DNA from: Lytechinus pictus
Lineage: Eukaryota
Length of the DNA stretch: 64,000 nt
NCBI RefSeq assembly: GCF_037042905.1
Contig: NC_087245.1
Location: 30,630,001 to 30,694,000, forward strand
Reading direction: 5' to 3'
The position numbers were made by a program, and so were the translations under genes. Positions 1 to 15,000 of this stretch are shown one piece after another. How positions within the stretch are numbered: the first letter of the stretch is position 1; each line of letters starts with the position of its first letter. Under the pieces are notes generated by a model. That model worked only from the letters and a program-made list of their open reading frames with translations, did not search any database and was not told the origin of the DNA.

Positions 1-3000
1 GGACATTAGTTCGGCTCCCCCTTTGTCGAACATCAATTGGGTGCCTCTAGATCGATTATCAATTTGGCGCCCCTCTGGGGCAATATCAGTTCAGCCCCCC
101 CCCCCCCCCCCCCAGGTTGAACATCAATTCACCACCCCCTCCCCTAGGGTTTAGATCAATTCGACACCCCTATGTCGGACATTAATTCGGCTCCCCTTTG
201 TCAAACATCAATTTGGCCTCCCTAGGTGGAACATTATTCGGTGCCCCCTCCCCCCTAGGTGGAGCATTAATTCGGTGCCCCCTAGGTTTTTCACTAAATC
301 GGCAACCTTATGTCGAACATGAATTCGGCAACCTCCTATGTCGAACATTTATTCGGCGCCCTGAGTAAAATATAAAATCGGCGCCTACTTAGTTCGGACA
401 TTAATTCGGCTCCCCTTTGTCGAGCATCAACTTGGCGCCTCTAGATCGAATATCAATTTTGCGCCTTTTATGTGCAACATCAATTTAGCCCCCCCCCCGG
501 TTGAACATTAATTCAACGCCCGTCTTCCATGTTTAAGATCAATTCGACGCCCCTATGTCGAACATCAATTTGGCGCCCCCCTTGGTGCAACAACAATTCA
601 GCCCCCCCTTAGTTGAACATTAATTCGGAGCCCACTTGTCAAACATCCATTTGGCGCCACAAGACAAACGTCAAATTGGCGCCCCTAGGTCGAGCATCAA
701 TTGGCGCCCCTAGGTCGAACAATAATTCAATAATTCGGTGCCCCCCTTTGTCGAACACCAATTTGGCGCATCTACACCGAATATCGATTTTGCGCCCCTT
801 AGGGGCATCATCAATCCAGCCCCCCACCCCCAGGTTGAACATCAATTATACGCCCCTCCCCTAGGTTTAAGATCAATTCGACGCCCCTATGTCGAACATC
901 AATTTGGCGCCCCTCTGTCGAACATCAATTCGGCACCCTCCAATGTCGAACATCAATTTGGTGCCCCTCTGTCGAACATCAATTCGGCACCCTCCTATGT
1001 CGAACATCAATTCGGCGCCACTGAGTTAAATGTGAATTTGGCGCCTACCTAGGTCGGACACATTAATTCGGCGCCAACTTAAATCGGACATTAATTCGGC
1101 TCCCCTTTGTCGAACACCAATTCGGCGCCTCTACACCGAATATCGATTTTGAGCCCCTTAGGTGCATCATCAATCCAGCCCCCCACCCCCAGGTTGAACA
1201 TCAATTCAACGCCCGTCTTCCATGTTTAAGATCAATTCGACGCCCCTATGTCGACCATCAATTTGGCGCCCCTCTGTCGAACATCAATTCGGCACCCTCC
1301 TATGTCGAACATCAATTCGGCGCCACTGAGTAAAATGTGAATTCGGCGCCTATTTAGGTCGGACATTAGTTCGGCTCCCCCTTTGTCGAACATCAATTGG
1401 GTGCCTCTAGATCGATTATCAATTTGGCGCCCCTCTTGGGCAATATCAGTTCAGCCCCCCCCCCCCAGGTTGAACATCAATTCACCACCCCCTCCCCTAG
1501 GGTTTAGATCAATTCGACACCCCTATGTCGGACATTAATTCGGCTCCCCTTTGTCGAACATCAATTCGGCGCCTCTAGATCGAATATCGATTATGCGCCC
1601 CTTTTGGTGCAACATCAATTCAGCCCCCCTCCCCCAGGTTGAACATCAATTCACCACCCCCTCTCCTAGGGTTTAGATCAATTCGACACCCCTATGTCGG
1701 ACATTAATTCGGCTCCCCTTTGTCAAACATCAATTTGGCCTCCCTAGGTGGAACATTATTCGGTGCCCCCTAGGTGGAGCATTAATTCGGTGCCCCCTAG
1801 GTTTAACACTAAATCGGCAACCTTATGTCGAACATCAATTTGGCGCCCCTCTGTCGAACATCAATTCGGTACCCTCCTATGTCGAACATCAATTGGGCGC
1901 CTCTAGATCGAATATCAATTTGGCGCCCCTCTTGGTGCAACATCATTTCACCACCCCCTCCCCTAGGGTTTAGATCAATTCGACACCCCTCCCCTAGGTT
2001 TTAAGATCAATTCGACGCCCCTATGTCGAACATCTATTCGGCGCCCCCCTTGGTGCAACAACAATTCAGCTCCCCCCCCCCCCCTTGGTTGAACATTAAT
2101 TCGGAGCCCAAGTGACAAACATCCATTTGGCGCCACAAGACAAACGTCAAATTGGTGCCCTTTTGTCGAACATCAATTAGCGCCCCTAGGTCGAACATCG
2201 ATTCGGCACCCCTTCCTTAGGTTTAAGATCAATTCGATGCCCCTATGTCGATATCAATTTGGCGCCCCTCTTGGTGAAACATCAATTCAGCCCCCCCCCC
2301 CTGGTTGAACATCAATTCTGCATCCTCCTTTGTCGAGCATTAATTCGGCGCCCCTATGTCGAACATCAGTTGGGTGCCCCCCTAGGTTGAACATCAATTC
2401 TGCGCCCCCCTAGGTCAAATATTAATTCGGCACCTCTAGGTCTAACATCAATTTGGACCCCCCCCCCCCCCCTTGGTGCAATATAAATTCAGCCCCGCGA
2501 GGTTGAACATCAATACGGCGCCCCCCCCCCCTCCCCTAGGTTTAAGATCGATTAGGAGCCAACGTGTTAAACATCCATTTGGCGCCCAAAGACAAACGTC
2601 AAATTGGCTCCCCTATGTCAAACATAAATTTTGCGTCCTTAGGTTTAACACTAAATCGGCAACCTTATGTCGAACATGAATTCGGCGCCCTAAGTAAAAT
2701 ATGAATTCGGCGCCTACCTAGGTCGGACACATTAATTCGGCACCAACTTAGTTCGGACATTAATTTGGCTCCCCTTTGTCGAACATCAATTCGGCGCCTC
2801 TAGATCGAATATCAATTTTGCGCGTTTTAGGTGCAACATCAATTCAGCCCCCCCCCCCAGGTTGAACATCAATTCAACGCCCGTCTTCCATGTTTAAGAT
2901 CAATTTGACAAACGTCAAATTGGCGCCCCTAGGTCGAACATTAACTCGGCGCCCCCTCCCCTAAGTTTGAGATCAATTCGACACCCCTATGTCGAACATC

Positions 3001-6000
3001 GATTTGGCGTCCCCCTTGGTGAAACATCAAATCAGCCCCCCCCCCCTAATTGAACATCAATTCGGCGCCCAAGTATTTCGGACATTAATTCGACTCCCCC
3101 TTTGTCGAACGTAAATTCGGCGCCTCTACACATCGAATATCGATTTTGCGCCCCCTTGATGCAACTTCAATTCAGCCCCCCCCCCTCCCAGTTTGAACAT
3201 CAATTCGGCGCCCCTCCAATAGGTTAAAGATCAATTCGACGCCCCTTTGTCGAACATCGATTTGGCGGCGCCCCCCCCCCCCTTGGTAAAACATCAAATC
3301 AGCCCCCCCCTTGAACATCGATCCGGCGCCCCTATGTCGAATATCAATTCAGCCCCCCTGTTGAACATCAATTTGGCGCCCCTCCCGTAGGTTTAAGATC
3401 AATTCGACGCACCTATGTCGATCATCGACTTGGCGCCCCCCTTGGTGAAACATCAATTCAGCCCCCCCTCCCCTAGGTTGAACATTAATTCGGCGCCTCT
3501 AGGTCTAACATCAATTTGGCGCCCCCCCCCCCTGGTGCAACATAAATTCGGCGCCCCTCCACTAGGTTTAAGATCAATTCGACGCCCCTATGTCGAACAT
3601 CAATTTGGCGCCCCCCTTGGTGAAACATCAATTTAGCCCCCCCCCCCCCCGGTTGAACATTAATTCAACGCCCGTCTTCCATGTTTAAGATCAATTCGAC
3701 GCCCCTATGTCGAACATCAATTTGGCGCCCCCCTTGGTGCAACAACAATTCAGCCCCCCCCCCCCCCTTAGCTGAACATTAATTCGGAGCCCACGTGTCA
3801 AACATCCATTTGGCGCCACAAGACAAACGTCAAATTGGCGCCCCTAGGTCGAGCATCAATTGGCGCTCCTAGGTCGAACAATAATTCAATAATTCGGTGC
3901 CCCCCTTTGTCGAACACCAATTCGGCGCATCTACACCGAATATCGATTTTGCGCCCCTTAGGTGCATCATCAATCCAGCCCCCCACCCCCAGGTTGAACA
4001 TCAATTCGGCACCCTCCTATGTCGAACATCAATTCGGCGCCACTGAGTAAAATGTGAATTCGGCGCCTACCTAGGTCGGACACATTAATTCGGCGCCAAC
4101 TTAGTTCGGACATTAATTCGGCTCCCCTTTGTCGAACACCAATTCGGCGCCTCTACACCGAATATCGATTTTGAGCCCCTTAGGTGCATCATCAATCCAG
4201 CCCCCCACCCCCAGGTTGAACATCAATTCAACGCCCGTCTTCCATGTTTAAGATCAATTCGACGCCCCTATGTCGAACATCAATTTGGCGCCCCTCTGTC
4301 GAACATCAATTCGGCACCCTCCTATGTCGAACATCAATTCGGCGCCACTGAGTAAAATGTGAATTCGGCGCCTATTTAGGTCGGACATTAGTTCGGCTCC
4401 CCCTTTGTCGAACATCAATTGGGTGCCTCTAGATCGATTATCAATTTGGCGCCCCTCTGGGGCAATATCAGTTCAGCCCCCCCCCCCCAGGTTGAACATC
4501 AATTCACCACCCCCTCCCCTAGGGTTTAGATCAATTCGACACCCCTATGTCGGACATTAATTCGGCTCCCCTTTGTCAAACATCAATTTGGCCTCCCTAG
4601 GTGGAACATTATTCGGTGCCCCCTCCCCCCTAGGTGGAGCATTAATTCGGTGCCCCCTAGGTTTTTCACTAAATCGGCAACCTTATGTCGAACATGAATT
4701 CGGCAACCTCCTATGTCGAACATTTATTCGGCGCCCTGAGTAAAATATAAAATCGGCGCCTACTTAGTTCGGACATTAATTCGGCTCCCCTTTGTCGAGC
4801 ATCAACTTGGCGCCTCTAGATCGAATATCAATTTTGCGCCTTTTATGTGCAACATCAATTTAGCCCCCCCCCCGGTTGAACATTAATTCAACGCCCGTCT
4901 TCCATGTTTAAGATCAATTCGACGCCCCTATGTCGAACATCAATTTGGCGCCCCCCTTGGTGCAACAACAATTCAGCCCCCCCTTAGTTGAACATTAATT
5001 CGGAGCCCACTTGTCAAACATCCATTTGGCGCCACAAGACAAACGTCAAATTGGCGCCCCTAGGTCGAGCATCAATTGGCGCCCCTAGGTCGAACAATAA
5101 TTCAATAATTCGGTGCCCCCCTTTGTCGAACACCAATTTGGCGCATCTACACCGAATATCGATTTTGCGCCCCTTAGGTGCATCATCAATCCAGCCCCCC
5201 ACCCCCAGGTTGAACATCAATTATACGCCCCTCCCCTAGGTTTAAGATCAATTCGACGCCCCTATGTCGAACATCAATTTGGCGCCCCTCTGTCGAACAT
5301 CAATTCGGCACCCTCCAATGTCGAACATCAATTTGGTGCCCCTCTGTCGAACATCAATTCGGCACCCTCCTATGTCGAACATCAATTCGGCGCCACTGAG
5401 TTAAATGTGAATTTGGCGCCTACCTAGGTCGGACACATTAATTCGGCGCCAACTTAAATCGGACATTAATTCGGCTCCCCTTTGTCGAACACCAATTCGG
5501 CGCCTCTACACCGAATATCGATTTTGAGCCCCTTAGGTGCATCATCAATCCAGCCCCCCACCCCCAGGTTGAACATCAATTCAACGCCCGTCTTCCATGT
5601 TTAAGATCAATTCGACGCCCCTATGTCGACCATCAATTTGGCGCCCCTCTGTCGAACATCAATTCGGCACCCTCCTATGTCGAACATCAATTCGGCGCCA
5701 CTGAGTAAAATGTGAATTCGGCGCCTATTTAGGTCGGACATTAGTTCGGCTCCCCCTTTGTCGAACATCAATTGGGTGCCTCTAGATCGATTATCAATTT
5801 GGCGCCCCTCTTGGGCAATATCAGTTCAGCCCCCCCCCCCAGGTTGAACATCAATTCACCACCCCCTCCCCTAGGGTTTAGATCAATTCGACACCCCTAT
5901 GTCGGACATTAATTCGGCTCCCCTTTGTCGAACATCAATTCGGCGCCTCTAGATCGAATATCGATTATGCGCCCCTTTTGGTGCAACATCAATTCAGCCC

Positions 6001-9000
6001 CCCTCCCCCAGGTTGAACATCAATTCACCACCCCCTCTCCTAGGGTTTAGATCAATTCGACACCCCTATGTCGGACATTAATTCGGCTCCCCTTTGTCAA
6101 ACATCAATTTGGCCTCCCTAGGTGGAACATTATTCGGTGCCCCCTAGGTGGAGCATTAATTCGGTGCCCCCTAGGTTTAACACTAAATCGGCAACCTTAT
6201 GTCGAACATCAATTTGGCGCCCCTCTGTCGAACATCAATTCGGTACCCTCCTATGTCGAACATCAATTGGGCGCCTCTAGATCGAATATCAATTTGGCGC
6301 CCCTCTTGGTGCAACATCATTTCACCACCCCCTCCCCTAGGGTTTAGATCAATTCGACACCCCTCCCCTAGGTTTTAAGATCAATTCGACGCCCCTATGT
6401 CGAACATCTATTCGGCGCCCCCCTTGGTGCAACAACAATTCAGCTCCCCCCCCCCTTGGTTGAACATTAATTCGGAGCCCAAGTGACAAACATCCATTTG
6501 GCGCCACAAGACAAACGTCAAATTGGTGCCCTTTTGTCGAACATCAATTAGCGCCCCTAGGTCGAACATCGATTCGGCACCCCTTCCTTAGGTTTAAGAT
6601 CAATTCGATGCCCCTATGTCGATATCAATTTGGCGCCCCTCTTGGTGAAACATCAATTCAGCCCCCCCCCCTGGTTGAACATCAATTCTGCACCCTCCTT
6701 TGTCGAGCATTAATTCGGCGCCCCTATGTCGAACATCAGTTGGGTGCCCCCCTAGGTTGAACATCAATTCTGCGCCCCCCTAGGTCAAATATTAATTCGG
6801 CACCTCTAGGTCTAACATCAATTTGGACCCCCCCCCCCCTTGGTGCAATATAAATTCAGCCCCGCGAGGTTGAACATCAATACGGCGCCCCCCCCCCTCC
6901 CCTAGGTTTAAGATCGATTAGGAGCCAACGTGTTAAACATCCATTTGGCGCCCAAAGACAAACGTCAAATTGGCTCCCCTATGTCAAACATAAATTTTGC
7001 GTCCTTAGGTTTAACACTAAATCGGCAACCTTATGTCGAACATGAATTCGGCGCCCTAAGTAAAATATGAATTCGGCGCCTACCTAGGTCGGACACATTA
7101 ATTCGGCACCAACTTAGTTCGGACATTAATTTGGCTCCCCTTTGTCGAACATCAATTCGGCGCCTCTAGATCGAATATCAATTTTGCGCGTTTTAGGTGC
7201 AACATCAATTCAGTCCCCCCCCCCAGGTTGAACATCAATTCAACGCCCGTCTTCCATGTTTAAGATCAATTTGACAAACGTCAAATTGGCGCCCCTAGGT
7301 CGAACATTAACTCGGCGCCCCCTCCCCTAAGTTTGAGATCAATTCGACACCCCTATGTCGAACATCGATTTGGCGTCCCCCTTGGTGAAACATCAAATCA
7401 GCCCCCCCCCCCCTAATTGAACATCAATTCGGCGCCCAAGTATTTCGGACATTAATTCGACTCCCCCTTTGTCGAACGTAAATTCGGCGCCTCTACACAT
7501 CGAATATCGATTTTGCGCCCCCTTGATGCAACTTCAATTCAGCCCCCCCCCTCCCAGTTTGAACATCAATTCGGCGCCCCTCCAATAGGTTAAAGATCAA
7601 TTCGACGCCCCTTTGTCGAACATCGATTTGGCGGCGCCCCCCCCCCTTGGTAAAACATCAAATCAGCCCCCCCCCCTTGAACATCGATCCGGCGCCCCTA
7701 TGTCGAATATCAATTCAGCCCCCCTGTTGAACATCAATTTGGCGCCCCTCCCGTAGGTTTAAGATCAATTCGACGCACCTATGTCGATCATCGACTTGGC
7801 GCCCCCCTTGGTGAAACATCAATTCAGCCCCCCCTCCCCTAGGTTGAACATTAATTCGGCGCCTCTAGGTCTAACATCAATTTGGCGCCCCCCCCCCTGG
7901 TGCAACATAAATTCGGCGCCCCTCCACTAGGTTTAAGATCAATTCGACGCCCCTATGTCGAACATCAATTTGGCGCCCCCCTTGGTGAAACATCAATTTA
8001 GCCCCCCCCCCCCCGGTTGAACATTAATTCAACGCCCGTCTTCCATGTTTAAGATCAATTCGACGCCCCTATGTCGAACATCAATTTGGCGCCCCCCTTG
8101 GTGCAACAACAATTCAGCCCCCCCCCCCCCCCTTAGCTGAACATTAATTCGGAGCCCACGTGTCAAACATCCATTTGGCGCCACAAGACAAACGTCAAAT
8201 TGGCGCCCCTAGGTCGAGCATCAATTGGCGCTCCTAGGTCGAACAATAATTCAATAATTCGGTGCCCCCCTTTGTCGAACACCAATTCGGCGCATCTACA
8301 CCGAATATCGATTTTGCGCCCCTTAGGTGCATCATCAATCCAGCCCCCCACCCCCAGGTTGAACATCAATTCGGCACCCTCCTATGTCGAACATCAATTC
8401 GGCGCCACTGAGTAAAATGTGAATTCGGCGCCTACCTAGGTCGGACACATTAATTCGGCGCCAACTTAGTTCGGACATTAATTCGGCTCCCCTTTGTCGA
8501 ACACCAATTCGGCGCCTCTACACCGAATATCGATTTTGAGCCCCTTAGGTGCATCATCAATCCAGCCCCCCACCCCCAGGTTGAACATCAATTCAACGCC
8601 CGTCTTCCATGTTTAAGATCAATTCGACGCCCCTATGTCGAACATCAATTTGGCGCCCCTCTGTCGAACATCAATTCGGCACCCTCCTATGTCGAACATC
8701 AATTCGGCGCCACTGAGTAAAATGTGAATTCGGCGCCTATTTAGGTCGGACATTAGTTCGGCTCCCCCTTTGTCGAACATCAATTGGGTGCCTCTAGATC
8801 GATTATCAATTTGGCGCCCCTCTGGGGCAATATCAGTTCAGCCCCCCCCCCCAGGTTGAACATCAATTCACCACCCCCTCCCCTAGGGTTTAGATCAATT
8901 CGACACCCCTATGTCGGACATTAATTCGGCTCCCCTTTGTCAAACATCAATTTGGCCTCCCTAGGTGGAACATTATTCGGTGCCCCCTCCCCCCTAGGTG

Positions 9001-12000
9001 GAGCATTAATTCGGTGCCCCCTAGGTTTTTCACTAAATCGGCAACCTTATGTCGAACATGAATTCGGCAACCTCCTATGTCGAACATTTATTCGGCGCCC
9101 TGAGTAAAATATAAAATCGGCGCCTACTTAGTTCGGACATTAATTCGGCTCCCCTTTGTCGAGCATCAACTTGGCGCCTCTAGATCGAATATCAATTTTG
9201 CGCCTTTTATGTGCAACATCAATTTAGCCCCCCCCCCCCGGTTGAACATTAATTCAACGCCCGTCTTCCATGTTTAAGATCAATTCGACGCCCCTATGTC
9301 GAACATCAATTTGGCGCCCCCCTTGGTGCAACAACAATTCAGCCCCCCCTTAGTTGAACATTAATTCGGAGCCCACTTGTCAAACATCCATTTGGCGCCA
9401 CAAGACAAACGTCAAATTGGCGCCCCTAGGTCGAGCATCAATTGGCGCCCCTAGGTCGAACAATAATTCAATAATTCGGTGCCCCCCTTTGTCGAACACC
9501 AATTTGGCGCATCTACACCGAATATCGATTTTGCGCCCCTTAGGTGCATCATCAATCCAGCCCCCCACCCCCAGGTTGAACATCAATTATACGCCCCTCC
9601 CCTAGGTTTAAGATCAATTCGACGCCCCTATGTCGAACATCAATTTGGCGCCCCTCTGTCGAACATCAATTCGGCACCCTCCAATGTCGAACATCAATTT
9701 GGTGCCCCTCTGTCGAACATCAATTCGGCACCCTCCTATGTCGAACATCAATTCGGCGCCACTGAGTTAAATGTGAATTTGGCGCCTACCTAGGTCGGAC
9801 ACATTAATTCGGCGCCAACTTAAATCGGACATTAATTCGGCTCCCCTTTGTCGAACACCAATTCGGCGCCTCTACACCGAATATCGATTTTGAGCCCCTT
9901 AGGTGCATCATCAATCCAGCCCCCCACCCCCAGGTTGAACATCAATTCAACGCCCGTCTTCCATGTTTAAGATCAATTCGACGCCCCTATGTCGACCATC
10001 AATTTGGCGCCCCTCTGTCGAACATCAATTCGGCACCCTCCTATGTCGAACATCAATTCGGCGCCACTGAGTAAAATGTGAATTCGGCGCCTATTTAGGT
10101 CGGACATTAGTTCGGCTCCCCCTTTGTCGAACATCAATTGGGTGCCTCTAGATCGATTATCAATTTGGCGCCCCTCTTGGGCAATATCAGTTCAGCCCCC
10201 CCCCCCCAGGTTGAACATCAATTCACCACCCCCTCCCCTAGGGTTTAGATCAATTCGACACCCCTATGTCGGACATTAATTCGGCTCCCCTTTGTCGAAC
10301 ATCAATTCGGCGCCTCTAGATCGAATATCGATTATGCGCCCCTTTTGGTGCAACATCAATTCAGCCCCCCTCCCCCAGGTTGAACATCAATTCACCACCC
10401 CCTCTCCTAGGGTTTAGATCAATTCGACACCCCTATGTCGGACATTAATTCGGCTCCCCTTTGTCAAACATCAATTTGGCCTCCCTAGGTGGAACATTAT
10501 TCGGTGCCCCCTAGGTGGAGCATTAATTCGGTGCCCCCTAGGTTTAACACTAAATCGGCAACCTTATGTCGAACATCAATTTGGCGCCCCTCTGTCGAAC
10601 ATCAATTCGGTACCCTCCTATGTCGAACATCAATTGGGCGCCTCTAGATCGAATATCAATTTGGCGCCCCTCTTGGTGCAACATCATTTCACCACCCCCT
10701 CCCCTAGGGTTTAGATCAATTCGACACCCCTCCCCTAGGTTTTAAGATCAATTCGACGCCCCTATGTCGAACATCTATTCGGCGCCCCCCTTGGTGCAAC
10801 AACAATTCAGCTCCCCCCCCCCTTGGTTGAACATTAATTCGGAGCCCAAGTGACAAACATCCATTTGGCGCCACAAGACAAACGTCAAATTGGTGCCCTT
10901 TTGTCGAACATCAATTAGCGCCCCTAGGTCGAACATCGATTCGGCACCCCTTCCTTAGGTTTAAGATCAATTCGATGCCCCTATGTCGATATCAATTTGG
11001 CGCCCCTCTTGGTGAAACATCAATTCAGCCCCCCCCCCCTGGTTGAACATCAATTCTGCACCCTCCTTTGTCGAGCATTAATTCGGCGCCCCTATGTCGA
11101 ACATCAGTTGGGTGCCCCCCTAGGTTGAACATCAATTCTGCGCCCCCCTAGGTCAAATATTAATTCGGCACCTCTAGGTCTAACATCAATTTGGACCCCC
11201 CCCCCCCCCCTTGGTGCAATATAAATTCAGCCCCGCGAGGTTGAACATCAATACGGCGCCCCCCCCCCCCCCTCCCCTAGGTTTAAGATCGATTAGGAGC
11301 CAACGTGTTAAACATCCATTTGGCGCCCAAAGACAAACGTCAAATTGGCTCCCCTATGTCAAACATAAATTTTGCGTCCTTAGGTTTAACACTAAATCGG
11401 CAACCTTATGTCGAACATGAATTCGGCGCCCTAAGTAAAATATGAATTCGGCGCCTACCTAGGTCGGACACATTAATTCGGCACCAACTTAGTTCGGACA
11501 TTAATTTGGCTCCCCTTTGTCGAACATCAATTCGGCGCCTCTAGATCGAATATCAATTTTGCGCGTTTTAGGTGCAACATCAATTCAGCCCCCCCCCCCC
11601 CAGGTTGAACATCAATTCAACGCCCGTCTTCCATGTTTAAGATCAATTTGACAAACGTCAAATTGGCGCCCCTAGGTCGAACATTAACTCGGCGCCCCCT
11701 CCCCTAAGTTTGAGATCAATTCGACACCCCTATGTCGAACATCGATTTGGCGTCCCCCTTGGTGAAACATCAAATCAGCCCCCCCCCCCCCCTAATTGAA
11801 CATCAATTCGGCGCCCAAGTATTTCGGACATTAATTCGACTCCCCCTTTGTCGAACGTAAATTCGGCGCCTCTACACATCGAATATCGATTTTGCGCCCC
11901 CTTGATGCAACTTCAATTCAGCCCCCCCCCTCCCAGTTTGAACATCAATTCGGCGCCCCTCCAATAGGTTAAAGATCAATTCGACGCCCCTTTGTCGAAC

Positions 12001-15000
12001 ATCGATTTGGCGGCGCCCCCCCCCCTTGGTAAAACATCAAATCAGCCCCCCCCCCCTTGAACATCGATCCGGCGCCCCTATGTCGAATATCAATTCAGCC
12101 CCCCCTGTTGAACATCAATTTGGCGCCCCTCCCGTAGGTTTAAGATCAATTCGACGCACCTATGTCGATCATCGACTTGGCGCCCCCCTTGGTGAAACAT
12201 CAATTCAGCCCCCCCTCCCCTAGGTTGAACATTAATTCGGCGCCTCTAGGTCTAACATCAATTTGGCGCCCCCCCCTGGTGCAACATAAATTCGGCGCCC
12301 CTCCACTAGGTTTAAGATCAATTCGACGCCCCTATGTCGAACATCAATTTGGCGCCCCCCTTGGTGAAACATCAATTTAGCCCCCCCCCCCGGTTGAACA
12401 TTAATTCAACGCCCGTCTTCCATGTTTAAGATCAATTCGACGCCCCTATGTCGAACATCAATTTGGCGCCCCCCTTGGTGCAACAACAATTCAGCCCCCC
12501 CCCCCCTTAGCTGAACATTAATTCGGAGCCCACGTGTCAAACATCCATTTGGCGCCACAAGACAAACGTCAAATTGGCGCCCCTAGGTCGAGCATCAATT
12601 GGCGCCCCTAGGTCGAACAATAATTCAATAATTCGGTGCCCCCCTTTGTCGAACACCAATTCGGCGCATCTACACCGAATATCGATTTTGCGCCCCTTAG
12701 GTGCATCATCAATCCAGCCCCCCACCCCCAGGTTGAACATCAATTATGCGCCCCTCCCCTAGGTTTAAGATCAATTCGACGCCCCTATGTCGAACATCAA
12801 TTTGGCGCCCCTCTGTCGAACATCAATTCGGCACCCTCCTATGTCGAACATCAATTTGGTGCCCCTCTGTCGAACATCAATTCGGCACCCTCCTATGTCG
12901 CACATCAATTCGGCGCCACTGAGTAAAATGTGAATTCGGCGCCTACCTAGGTCGGACACATTAATTCGGCGCCAACTTAGTTCGGACATTAATTCGGCTC
13001 CCCTTTGTCGAACACCAATTCGGCGCCTCTACACCGAATATCGATTTTGAGCCCCTTAGGTGCATCATCAATCCAGCCCCCCACCCCCAGGTTGAACATC
13101 AATTCAACGCCCGTCTTCCATGTTTAAGATCAATTCGACGCCCCTATGTCGAACATCAATTTGGCGCCCCTCTGTCGAACATCAATTCGGCACCCTCCTA
13201 TGTCGAACATCAATTCGGCGCCACTGAGTAAAATGTGAATTCGGCGCCTATTTAGGTCGGATATTAGTTCGGCTCCCCCTCTGTCGAACATCAATTGGGT
13301 GCCTCTAGATCGATTATCAATTTGGCGCCCCTCTTGGGCAATATCAGTTCAGCCCCCCCCCCCCAGGTTGAACATCAATTCACCACCCCCTCCCCTAGGG
13401 TTTAGATCAATTCGACACCCCTATGTCGGACATTAATTCGGCTCCCCTCTGTCGAACATCAATTCGGCGCCTCTAGATCGAATATCGATTATGCGCCCCT
13501 TTTGGTGCAACATCAATTCAGCCCCCTTCCCCCAGGTTGAACATCAATTCACCACCCCCTCCCCTAGGGTTTAGATCAATTCGACACCCCTATGTCGGAC
13601 ATTAATTCGGCTCCCCTTTGTCAAACATCAATTTGGCCTCCCTAGGTGGAACATTATTCGGTGCCCCCTAGGTGGAGCATTAATTCGGTGCCCCCTAGGT
13701 TTAACACTAAATCGGCAACCTTATGTCGAACATCAATTTGGCGCCCCTCTGTCGAACATCAATTCGGTACCCTCCTATGTCGAACATCAATTGGGCGCCT
13801 CTAGATCGAATATCAATTTGGCGCCCCTCTTGGTGCAACATCATTTCACCACCCCCTCCCCTAGGGTTTAGATCAATTCGACACCCCTCCCCTAGGTTTT
13901 AAGATCAATTCGACGCCCCTATGTCGAACATCTATTCGGCGCCCCCCTTGGTGCAACAACAATTCAGCTCCCCCCCCCCCCCTTGGTTGAACATTAATTC
14001 GGAGCCCAAGTGACAAACATCCATTTGGCGCCACAAGACAAACGTCAAATTGGTGCCCTTTTGTCGAACATCAATTAGCGCCCCTAGGTCGAACATCGAT
14101 TCGGCACCCCTTCCTTAGGTTTAAGATCAATTCGATGCCCCTATGTCGATATCAATTTGGCGCCCCTCTTGGTGAAACATCAATTCAGCCCCCCCCCCCT
14201 GGTTGAACATCAATTCTGCACCCTCCTATGTCGAACATCAATTCGGCGCCACTGAGTAAAATGTGAATTCGGCGCCTATTTAGGTCGGACATTAGTTCGG
14301 CTCCCCCTTTGTCGAACATCAATTGGGTGCCTCTAGATCGATTATCAATTTGGCGCCCCTCTTGGGCAATATCAGTTCAGCCCCCCCCCCCCCAGGTTGA
14401 ACATCAATTCACCACCCCCTCCCCTAGGGTTTAGATCAATTCGACACCCCTATGTCGGACATTAATTCGGCTCCCCTTTGTCGAACATCAATTCGGCGCC
14501 TCTAGATCGAATATCGATTATGCGCCCCTTTTGGTGCAACATCAATTCAGCCCCCCTCCCCCAGGTTGAACATCAATTCACCACCCCCTCTCCTAGGGTT
14601 TAGATCAATTCGACACCCCTATGTCGGACATTAATTCGGCTCCCCTTTGTCAAACATCAATTTGGCCTCCCTAGGTGGAACATTATTCGGTGCCCCCTAG
14701 GTGGAGCATTAATTCGGTGCCCCCTAGGTTTAACACTAAATCGGCAACCTTATGTCGAACATCAATTTGGCGCCCCTCTGTCGAACATCAATTCGGTACC
14801 CTCCTATGTCGAACATCAATTGGGCGCCTCTAGATCGAATATCAATTTGGCGCCCCTCTTGGTGCAACATCATTTCACCACCCCCTCCCCTAGGGTTTAG
14901 ATCAATTCGACACCCCTCCCCTAGGTTTTAAGATCAATTCGACGCCCCTATGTCGAACATCTATTCGGCGCCCCCCTTGGTGCAACAACAATTCAGCTCC

